A stretch of DNA of 16,965 nucleotides, taken from assembly GCA_002104945.1 (NCBI GenBank), contig MCFH01000206.1, forward strand, positions 1 through 16,965, given 5' to 3'. Within the stretch, counting starts at the first letter, position 1. Each line of letters starts with the position of its first letter. The position numbers and the translations under genes were made by a program. Below the pieces are notes generated by a model. That model did no database searches and was not told the DNA's origin. It saw only the letters and a list, made by a program, of their open reading frames with translations. The stretch comes from Piromyces finnis finn (taxonomy: Eukaryota; Fungi; Neocallimastigomycota). Positions 1 to 10,246 of the stretch are shown here, one piece after another.

Positions 1-1031
1 TAAAATAATAATAATTAATTAGTAATAATAAATTTATTTGTTTTATTAAAAAGATATTTTTGATTATTTGAATATTTCAATAACAATAAATTGATAAAAG
101 AATTAGAATTATTTTATTCTTTTTTATTATTGCTTTATTCTTTCCTTTTTTTTTTTTTTTTTAGAAACCATAAAAAAATGCAAATAAAAATTTGATTTTT
201 TCAATTTATCCATTAAAACAAAAAAAAAAAATAATAATAATAATTATTTTACCAAAAAAAAATTTTTAATATTGGAAACAAAAAAAAATTTTTTTTTCTT
301 TTTTTTTGTTTCCAATATTTTTTATTAAATTAATAGAAGCGGATCTATTTCCGAATAATAAATTTATAAAATAAAAAATAAAAATAAAAAAAAAATAACA
401 AAAAAGTAATTATAAATTTTATAATAATAGAAGAAACATGAGAAAACTTATTGATAACAGAAAATCTACTTTTTTTTATTTAATATATTCTAATAAAAAA
501 TAAAGTAATAAGAATAATCTTTATATTTTTGTAATAATTATAATGTGAAATAATCAATAAAATGTTCTTTTAAAGTAATAATTATAATTTAATATATTGA
601 AAAATTAGAATATTTAATTGACAAAAATAAACAACATTCTCATTTCCCTTTCCTGGCCTTTTTTTTTAAAAAATATCATTAAAAAAATTCATAATCAATG
701 GTTATATAGCTATATATATCTTATATATGATATAAAATTAAATTTGTTGGAATCAATTAAAAATATTATCATTAAATTTCTAATTCAATATATTTAAATT
801 ATAATTATTACTTTAAAAGAACATTTTATTGATTATTTTTCACATTATAATTATTACAAAAATATAAAGATTATTCTTATTACTTTATTTTTTATTAGAA
901 TATATTAAATAAAAAAAAGTAGATTTTCTGTTATCAATAAGTTTTTCATGTTTCTTCTATTATTATAAAATTTATAATTACTTTTTTGTTATTTTTTTTT
1001 TTTTTATTTTTTATTTTATAAAATTATTATT

Positions 1032-1045
1032 CGGAAATAGATCCG
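1032..1045. promoter_or_regulatory. CGG-N8-CCG inverted triplet, candidate Zn(II)2Cys6 transcription-factor site (also at 340-353, 6102-6115, 11146-11159, 16289-16302)
   Basis: CGGAAA(T/G)AGATCCG occurs in all five copies of the upstream region, in DNA almost devoid of CpG, ~720-740 nt before the ATG. Confidence 0.45.
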
Positions 1046-1066
1046 CTTCTATTAATTTTAATAAAA

Positions 1067-1119
1067 AATATTGGAAACAAAAAAAAAGAAAAAAAAAATT
1101 TTTTTTTGTTTCCAATATT
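1067..1119. other. Perfect hairpin/cruciform-capable inverted repeat (21-bp stem, 11-nt loop); copies at 268-319, ~6138-6186, 11181-11232, 16324-16371
   Basis: AATATTGGAAAC-A9 / GA10 loop / T9-GTTTCCAATATT, read directly from the sequence. Confidence 0.9.
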
Positions 1120-1527
1120 AAAAATTTTTTTTGGTAAAATAATTATTTTATTATTTTTTTTTTTGTTTTAATGGATAAATTGAAAAAATCAAATTTTTAT
1201 TTGCATTTTTTATGGTTTCTAAAAAAAAAAAAAAAAAGAAAGAATAAAGCAATAATAAAAAAGAAATAAAAATAATTCTAATTCTTTTTATCAATTTATT
1301 GTTATTGAAATATTCAAATAATCAAAAATAATCTTTTTAATAAAAACAAATAAATTTATTATTACTAATTAATTATTATTATTTTAAAATGATTGTTTGT
1401 TTGTTTCATTTTTTTTTTCATATTAAATTAAATGCTGATGAATTTTGAATATTAAACATACTTCTAACTTTAGTTTTTCTTTTCTTTTAATTGTAATTTC
1501 ACCATAATAATTTTTTGTAGTTTTTAT

Positions 1528-1537
1528 GGTGGGTGGG
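1528..1537 (+). promoter_or_regulatory. G-rich GGTGGGTGGG box, candidate promoter element (also 6600-6609, 11648-11658, 16784-16793)
   Basis: A conserved G-rich island in very AT-rich DNA, ~230 nt upstream of the ATG in units 1-3 and at the homologous position in unit 4. Confidence 0.35.
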
Positions 1538-1765
1538 TTAAAAGTTTTTTATTTTCCTTTTTTTAAGTATATTTTTTAATAAAATGAAAATTTTTGAAAA
1601 ATATAAATTTGCATGAGATTTTGAAAATTTTAAAAAGTCATAAAACAATAAATAATTATTAGTTTAATAATAAATATTTTATTTAAAACCCATTTTGTAT
1701 AATAGTGTATATATTTAAAATCATTATTTATTGTAGAATAGAAAAAATCAACAAAATAGAAAAAA

Positions 1766-4700
1766 ATGCTTGGCAAGAATATTTTAAGGTTTCTAAAATC
1801 ATCATTCTTATTATGACTATGAAAATGAATAGTTTATTCATAAACTAATGATATATATAATATTTTATAATTATTCACTGAAAAAACATAAAAACTAACT
1901 GTATATTTACATATATATTTAAAAATATAAATTTAAAAAATATATTTTTTGCAGTATCATTGGTTTATTATTTGTTGGTCGTACCTTAGCAGAACAAGGT
2001 AAATATAAGAAATATTAATAAGAATTAATATACCAAAAAAAAAATAATAAAAAACTAAAATGGTTTATTTTTTGAATTTATAATTTAATAAATAAAGGTA
2101 ATACTTTACCAAATTGTACAAATGAAGCTTCTGATAGAAGAAGAGATGGAACAGAAGGAGGTACTGAATCATACTGTATAGATAAAGAATCAAATAAAAT
2201 TTATAATGTAATTAATAGAGAAATGCCATTATCTGGAGGTGTTCATGTTTTCATGAATAAAGGAGAAAGTGGAATAAGTGAAATTAGTTTAACTGGTGGA
2301 GCTTCAAATCCAATTGAAAGTGGAAAGGAAGGAGAATTATCTATGTATCTTTGTGATGAAGATAATGTTTGTAAAAAAACTGAAGGTTATATTAAAGTAA
2401 CTTATGGTACTGAGGGACAAGATAAAAAAGAAGACTATTACGAAATTGAATTGGGTTCCAGTAAAAAAGCAGAAGAAGTTACTGATAAATGTGATGGAAA
2501 AGGTAGAATTGGTTTACAATCTTCTACTTATGGTGTTTGTTTATCTGTAAAAGGTGAAAGTGTTGAATTTGGTGAAGAAAAAAATTATATCTTAGATGGT
2601 GAAATTAGTCAAAGTTCAATCTTTAAATCTGTTGCTAATAGTAAAGATGGTATTGTTTTAACTCGTGATGTAAGCAAAATTTATTTCAATAATATTTATA
2701 CTGGTAAGTATTTACAATTTATATAAAATTAAAAAAAAAATATATATATATATATAATGATATTTAATTTTATTAAATCAAAATAATTAATCATCATTAA
2801 AAAATAATATTTATATTTAAAAATAAATAGATGAAGAATTTTGTCAATATGAAGATAAGAAAATAATCAAAAGAAAAGAACAATTTGTTGATGGTACCAT
2901 TTTAAATACCTTATATGAATGTGCAGATGGTGTTTGTGATATATCTAAAGTTCCTGAAAATGTTGGTTAGTATTTAAATATATATTAGAATAAAATTTAT
3001 TATAATAAAAAGCAATTTTCAAAGAGTACAATATTAATTGAAAAATAAATATTTTATTAATAATGGTAATTAGAAAATGGAAATTATTTAGTAGATGGTA
3101 TAATTTATAATCGTTCAGGTGCTGAAATTGAAAAACTAACTGAATCAGGAATTTTTGCATTCAAACAAAGTGATCCAACTGATATTACTTATAGTAATTT
3201 ATTAAGTTCAAATGATATTGGTGAATTAACTTCAAATGATCTTGGTTCAGTTTATCTTTATGATTGTGTTAATGGAGTATGTACCCGTACCTCTGGTTTT
3301 ATAAAATATGGTACAAGTACTAATGGATCAATAGCTTTAGCCGAATGTACTAAAGAAAGTGGATGTAAAACTTTAGATTCTGTAGATTGTACAGAAGAAA
3401 CTGATAATAGTAAAATTAATTTGGATGAAAATAATAACATGAAACTTTGTGTTTCAGGATCATTATCTACCTCAACTTATAATCTTATTGATAATACAAT
3501 GTATGAAACTAATTCAAACGAGAATATTATTGGAGCAAAACAAAGTAAACTATGATATAAATATTTTTTTTTTATTATTAAAAAATTTGTAAAAATATTA
3601 TTTATTGAAATATTAATTAATACCAATTTTAATTTTTGTTATTTTAAATTTTTAATATGAAAATAATTTTTTTATAGCTGGTAGTTTCTTTAAGGATAGT
3701 GAACTTAAAGTTTGTACCGATGGAGATTGTAAAAAACTAGAAAGTGCCGCTGGTTATTACTTAAATTCTTATACAAATAATGACGATGAAAGAAAAAAAT
3801 TAATTTCCTGTGCTAATGGTAGTTGTAAACTCATTGAACCAAAGAATGGTTACTACATCAACAAAGATAGTTCTAATTCTAAAAGTGCAATTCTTTGTGA
3901 TGCTGCTCTTGATGAAGTTAGTTGTAAAGAAACTGTTCTTGCTACTAGTTGTACTGATAATGCCAATAAACTTGTTTACAATAATGATTTCAAATATTGT
4001 CATGGTAACTTTGAAAAAGACATTCCAAGCACTGAAGAAACTGTTAATCTTTATCAAGTTGATGGTGTTAAAGCATCAGGAATTAATTATCCAACAGATT
4101 TCATTACTGAAGAATCAGAAAATAAGATGGTTATTCAAGTTAATCAATATTCAGTAACTCAATATATTAATAATGATTGTAAATATCAAATATAAGAAAA
4201 AATAATATAATTTATTATTGTATTATTTATTAATATTTAAAAATTTTATTAAATATTATTTTTGTTTTTTAGTATTCTGTATTAACGGCGATGTAAAGAA
4301 AAATGAATGTGTAAATGGAGATACCGGGATTAAATGTGATGATGCTAAAAAAAGTTGTAAAATCTTTATTGTTGGAGCATGTGATCTTAAAGATATAAAT
4401 GAAAACTGTAATTTTATATTAATTATTTTATTATAAATTATATAAAAATTAAATTAACTAATTTATAAAAAAAATATGATTAAAATAATAGGTGATGGAT
4501 ACTATGTTAATGAAAGTAATAAATTACAAATGTGTGCTGTTGATAATGCAGAAAATAAAATTAACTGTAATGATGTTACTAAAATTGGTTACTTCAAAAA
4601 CGATAGAGCTAAAACCTACATTAAATGTATTACTGATGGATCACAAACACAAACAATTAAATGTGAAGAACTTGAACAATTAGGAAGTACTTGTAGTAGT

Positions 4701-5183
4701 GTTGGTGACTTAATTAAAGATGAAAGTGATAATGTAAAACTTTGTGTTGAAAGTAATAATGGTAATGCTATTACTATATTCACAAATGAAGATTCCAAAA
4801 AATACTTTATCAAGGCATCTGGATTAAATTCTAGTATTACTGATGAACAAAAAAAGCATTACATAGTTAATGTCGCTGAAAATGAAGTTTTAACTGAAAC
4901 TGCTGATTCTGGTAATTAAATAATATTTTTAAAATGAATAATAAAACTTTTTATAAAGATGATATAAAAAAAAACTAATTCAATGAAAATTTTATTATTA
5001 TTATTATTATATTTTTTTTTTAAAAAAATAGAATACAAGAAATATAAATATATAAAAAGTACTGGTACTCCAGCTATTTTAGTTAAGGGTGAACAAAAAG
5101 GTATTACTACAGGTGAATTAGTTGAATTTACTAAAAGTAAAGATAATGATAATACTTATGAAAAAGAAGATATTTCTCCATAA
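1766..5183 (+). CDS. Secreted Cys-rich scaffoldin-like protein, copy 1 (intact, 9 exons, 828 aa). Exons: 1766-1788, 1955-1998, 2098-2703, 2831-2965, 3074-3544, 3678-4178, 4273-4407, 4492-4911, 5032-5183
   Basis: Manual splicing at GT-AG introns gives one open frame of 2487 nt including the stop. It starts MLGKNILSIIGLLFVGRTLA-EQGNTLPNC (signal peptide) and ends TYEKEDISP*. It contains repeats such as AAGYYLNSY...KKLISCANGSC, KNGYYINKD...AILCD, CDGYYVN...LQMC and IGYFKN...YIKC, plus VIQVNQYSVTQ, which I recognise as typical of Neocallimastigomycota scaffoldin-family proteins. Track ORFs 2223-2726, 4218-4436, 4476-4919 and 4983-5183 overlap exons 3, 7, 8 and 9 in frame. The family call is by motif recognition, not a database search. 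Confidence 0.85.
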
Positions 5184-6840
5184 ATATATTTATAATGAAT
5201 TTAAATATTAAACCAAAAAATATTATACATTAATGAATTTGTAAAAAAAAATTATTCTTGTATTTTTTTTAATTGTTTAAAGATAAAGATAAAAATTATA
5301 TTATTATATAATTAGTTTAAAGAAAAAAAATATATTATAATACAAAAAAAAAGAAAGGATAGTTTTAAACTTATTTATAATGTAAATAGTGATGTATTAT
5401 AATATTATTTTAAGAAAAAATACTACAAAATGTATATATATGTAATCAATCGAATTTATATTTTATATATAAATTTAAAGATTATTATATTATTTTACTA
5501 ACAAAATTGTTGTATTTTTAATTCTTGAAAAGGAGAAAAACATTAAAAAAAAATAAAAGAATACTTATGTATAAAAAATAAAAGTTTTATATATTGAAAA
5601 ATTTTTAAATTTTTATTTTTTTTTAAAAAAAATATTAATTCAAAAAGTATTACTTTAAAAAATATTTTTAGTTTTTAGTTATTATATATTTAATATTTTT
5701 ACTTAAAAAATTAAGATTGGAAATGAAAATGAAAGGATTTATTATTATTTATTTTCAAATATTTTTAAATTATTTTTCAATAATGGCCTAGGGATTACTC
5801 TTTAAATTATAATTATTGCTATAAAAGAACATTTTATTTATTATTTTTCAAATTATAATTATTTACAAAATATAAAGATTATTCTTATTACTTTCTTTTT
5901 TTATTAAAATATATTAAATAAAAAAAGTAGATTTTCTGTTATCAATAAGTTTTCTCATGTTTCTTCTATTATAAAATTTATAATTACTTTTTTTTATATT
6001 TCCTTTTTTTTATTTTTTTTTTTATTTCATTTTTTTATTTTATAAAAATAAATATTATATTTTTTTTTATTTTTTTTTTTTATTTTATAAAATTTATTAT
6101 TCGGAAAGAGATCCGCTTCTATTAATTTTAATAAAAATTATTGGAAACAAAAAAAGAAAAAAAAATTTTTTTTTGTTTCCAATATTAAAAATTTTTTTTT
6201 GGTAAAATAATTATTATTATTATTTTTTTTTTTTGTTTTAATGGATAAATTGAAAAATCAAATTTTTATTTGCATTTTTTATGGTTTCTAAAAAAAAAAA
6301 AAAAAAGAAAGAATAAAGCAATAATAAAAAAGAAATAAAATAATTCTAATTCTTTTTATCAATTTATTGTTATTGAAATATTCAAATAATCAAAAATAAT
6401 CTTTTTAATAAAAACAAATAAATTTATTATTACTAATTAATTATTATTATTTTAAAATAATTGATTGTTTGTTTCATTTTTTTTTTTCATATTAAATTAA
6501 ATGCTGATGAATTTTGAATATTAAACATACTTCTAACTTTAGTTTTTTCTTTTCTTTTAATTGTAATTTCACCATAATAATTTTTTTTGTAGTTTTTATG
6601 GTGGGTGGGTTAAAAGTTTTTTATTTTCCTTTTTTTTATGTATATTTTTTAATAAAATGAAAATTTTTGAAAAATATAAATTTTGCATGAGATTTTGAAA
6701 ATTTTAAAAAGTCATAAAACAATAAAATAATTATTAGTTTAATAATAAATATTTTATTTAAAACCCATTTTGTATAATAGTGTATATATCTAAAATCATT
6801 ATTTATTGTAGAATAGAAAAAATCAACAAAATAGAAAAAA

Positions 6841-9800
6841 ATGCTTGGCAAGAATATTTTAAGGTTTCTAAAATCATCATTCTTATTATGACTATGAAAA
6901 TGAATAGTTTATTCATAAACTAATGATATATATAATATTTTATAATTATTCACTGAAAAAACATAAAAACTAACATGTATATTTACATATATATTTAAAA
7001 AATATAAATTTAAAAAATATAAATTTAAAAAATATATTTTTTGCAGTATCATTGGTTTATTATTTGTTGGTCGTACCTTAGCACAACAAGGTAAATATAA
7101 GAAATATCAATAAAAATTAATATATATTAAAAAAATATTAAAAAACTAAAAAATGGTTTATTTTTTGAATTTATAATTTAATAAATAAAGGTAATGCTTT
7201 ACCAGAATGTGAAGATGAAGTTGTTTTAAGAAGAGATGAAGTATTTGAACATACTGAATCATACTGTATAGATAAAGGATCAAAAAAAATTTATAATGTA
7301 AATGATAAATTATCACCATTATCTGAAGGTGTTCATGTTTTCATGAATGGAGGAGATGTTGGAATAAGTGAAATTAATTTAACTGGTGGAACTTCAAATC
7401 CAATTGAAAGTGGAAAGGAAGGAAATTTATCTATGTATCTTTGTGATGAAGAAAATGTTTGTAATCAAACTGAAGGTTATATTAAAGTAACTTATGGTAC
7501 TAAAGATATTGAAAGTGAAGACTATTACGAAATTAAATCGGATTCCAGTAAAAAAGCAGAAAAAGTTACTGATAAATGTGATGGAAACAATAGAATTGGT
7601 TTACAATCTTCTACTTATGGTGTTTGTTTATCTGTAGAAGGTAAAAGTGTTGAATTTGCTGGTGAAAGTGGAGAAGAAGAAAATTATCTTTTAGATGGTA
7701 CAATAGCTAGTGGTTCAATCTTTAAATCTGTTGCTGAAGGTAAAAGTGGTATTGTTTTAACTCGTGATGTAAGCAAAATTTATTTCAATAATATTTATAC
7801 TGGTAAGTATTTACAATATATATAAAATTAAAAAAAAAATTATATATAATGATATTTAATTTTATTTAATCAAAATAATTAATCATCATTAAAAAATAAT
7901 ATTTATTCATAAAAATAAATAGATGAAGAATTTTGTAAATATGAAGATAAGAAAATAATCAAAAGAAAAGAACAATTTGTTGATGGTACCATTTTAAATA
8001 CCTTATATGAATGTGCAGATGGTGTTTGTGATATATCTAAAGTTCCTGAAAATGTTGGTTAGTATTTAAATATATGTTAGATTAAATTATATTATAATAA
8101 AAAGCAATTTTCAAAGAGTACAATATTAATTGAAAAATAAATATTTTATTATTAATGGTAATTAGATGATGGAGATTATTTAGTAGATGGTATAATTTAT
8201 AATCGTTCAGGTGTTAAAATTGAACAACTAACTGAATCAGGAATTTTTGCATTCAAAAAAAGTGATCCAACTGATATTACTTATAGTAATTTATTAAGTT
8301 CAGATGATATTGGTAAATTAACTTCAAATGATCTTGGTTCAGTTTATCTTTATGATTGTGTTAATGGAGTATGTATCCGTACCCCTGGTTTTATAAAATA
8401 TGGTAGTACAGCAGCTTTAGCCGAATGTACTAATGAAAAAAAATGTGAAACTTTAGAATCTGTAGATTGTAAAGAAGGAACTGCTAATGGTAGTATTAAT
8501 TTAACTGGCACTGAAATGAAACTTTGTGTTTCAGAATCATTATCTGAATCAACTTATAATTCTATTGGTACTACAATGTATGAAACTAATTCAGACAAGA
8601 ATATTATTGGAGCAAAACAAAGTAAACTACAATATAAATAATTTATTTTTATTCTTAAAGAATTTGTTAAATTTTTATTTATTGAAATATTAATACCAAT
8701 TTTAATTTTTGTTATTTTAAATTTTTAATATGAAAATAATTTTTTTATAGCTGGTAATTTCCTTTCTGGAAGTAAACTTATAGTTTGTGAAGATGGAGAA
8801 TGTACAAGCCCTGACAGTGCTGCTGGTTATTACTTAAATTCTAATTATGAAGAAATTACAGCTGGAAAGAAATTAATTTCCTGTACTGATGCTAATAATT
8901 GTGAACTCATTGAACCAAAGAATGGTTACTACATCAACAAAGATAGTACTAATTCTAAAAGGGCAATTCTTTGTGATAAAAATGGATGTTCAGAAACTGG
9001 TGATCTTACTAAAGAAAATTGTAATAGTGATGCCAATAAACTTGTTTACAGTAATGGTGCTTTAAAATATTGTGATGATAATAATGTTAAAAACATTCCA
9101 GGTGATTCTTCAACTGTTAATCTTTATGAAGTTAATGGTGTTAAAAAATCAGACATTAATTATCCAACAGATTTCATTGCAAATCCATCTACAACAGAAA
9201 AGATGGTTATTCAAGTTGATCAATATTCAGTAACTCCATATGTTGATGAAATAATTGTAAATATCAAATATAAGAAAAAATAATGTAATTTATTATTATA
9301 CTATTTATTAATATTTAAAAAAATTTTATTAAATATTATTTTTATTATTTAGCATTCTGTATTGAAGATGATGTAAAGAAAGCAAAATGTGAAGATGGAA
9401 ATACCGGGTTTAAATGTGTTGATGCTACTGAAAGTTGTACAACATTCACTGTTGAGCATGTGATCTTAAAGATATAAATGAAACTGTAATTTTATATTAA
9501 AGAGTTTTATTATTAAATTTAAGAATATATATTATATTAAAATTAAAATAACTAAAAAAAAAACAAACTATTATAATAATAGGTAATGGATACTATGTTA
9601 ATGCAAGTAATGAATTAATTAGTTGTAATGGTGAGAATGTGGAGAAGCTATTAATAAATTGGTTACTTCAAAACGGTAAAGCTAAACTATATTAAATGTA
9701 CTACTAATGGAGAAAACAACAAAGTATTACTTGTGAAGCAATTACTCCAGAATCTAATTGCGTTAATGTTGGTGACTTAATTAAGATGAAAGTGATAATG

Positions 9801-10246
9801 TAAAACTTTGTGTTGATAATATAAAAGAAATGCTATTACTATATTCACAAATGAAGATTCCAAAAATACTTTATCAAGGCATCTGGATTAAATAGTAAGA
9901 TAGTATTGTTTCTTCACAAAAGCATTACATAGTTAATGTCGCTGAAAATGAAGTTTTTAACTGAAACCGTTACTGGTAATTAAATAATATTTTTAAAATG
10001 AATAATAAACTTTTTATAAGATGATATATAAAAAAAAAAACTAATTCAATGAAAATTTTATTATTATATTTTATTTTAAAAAAAATAGATTACAAGAAAT
10101 ATAAATATATAAAAAGTACTGGTACTCCAGCTATTTTAGTTAAAGGTAAAGAAAATGGTATTAAAGATCCTGAAAGTGAATTAGTTGAATTTACTAAAAG
10201 TAAAGAAAATGATAATACTTATGAAAAGGAAGATATTTCTCAATAA
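6841..10246 (+). CDS. Scaffoldin-like protein, copy 2 (same 9-exon structure; frameshifted as sequenced from ~9250 onward). Exons: 6841-6863, 7047-7090, 7191-7802, 7923-8057, 8166-8621, 8751-9256, 9353-9485, 9583-9975, 10089-10246
   Basis: Colinear with copy 1, with the same splice sites and signal peptide (…GRTLAQQG). The frame is open through exons 1-6 up to ~9250. Apparent 1-nt losses occur at ~9250, ~9454 and ~9481, with several more indels in 9620-9960, mostly in homopolymers. It ends TYEKEDISQ*. Confidence 0.75.

Larger units (their letters stand above)
1..1386. repeat. Large inverted repeat: left arm 1-~615 (runs off the window), spacer of ~155 bp, right arm ~772-1386
   Basis: 1-10 TAAAATAATA is the reverse complement of 1377-1386. 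GAAGCGGATCTATTTCCGAA (336-355) mirrors TTCGGAAATAGATCCGCTTC (1030-1049). GATAACAGAAAATCTAC mirrors GTAGATTTTCTGTTATC. The arms are colinear throughout, with only small indels. Confidence 0.95.

Noticed and set aside
1-1386. Inverted arms as TIRs of a DNA transposon or MITE
   Set aside because: The arms are the gene's own upstream region, also present in direct orientation in every unit. There is no transposase, and the outer end and any TSD are not visible.
1812-1848. ATG cluster (ATG ACT ATG AAA ATG AAT AGT) as the gene start
   Set aside because: It reaches TAA after a few codons, and its only nearby GT gives phase 1, which is incompatible with exon 2 (needs phase 2). I treat it as part of intron 1.
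3810-4157. 115-aa plus-strand ORF (and its counterpart at 13956-14237)
   Set aside because: Alternate-frame shadow of exon 6. The Met/Val/Leu/Ile-rich composition is the expected result of shifting T-ending codons, and the true frame carries the Cys/GYY motifs.
4492-4683. 63-aa ORF (and 14627-14818)
   Set aside because: Out-of-frame shadow of exon 8. Its GTG start is simply the first bases after the splice acceptor.
2945-4813. Minus-strand ORFs 2945-3160, 3258-3440, 3800-4057, 4616-4813 (and 14751-14948)
   Set aside because: Antisense shadows of exons and introns with no recognisable motif.
5781-5800. CCTAGG/TAGGG motif as a Helitron 3' end or a telomere seed
   Set aside because: There is no subterminal GC hairpin, CTAG is followed by G rather than T, one copy reads CTAA, and the TAGGG-like unit is single.
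6636-6851. Antisense 71-aa ORFs over the promoter (also 11685-11900), and ORFs 11562-11747 and 15257-15448
   Set aside because: Low-complexity F/I/K/N-rich translations of AT-rich non-coding DNA. They recur only because the DNA is duplicated, and they are not called in every unit.
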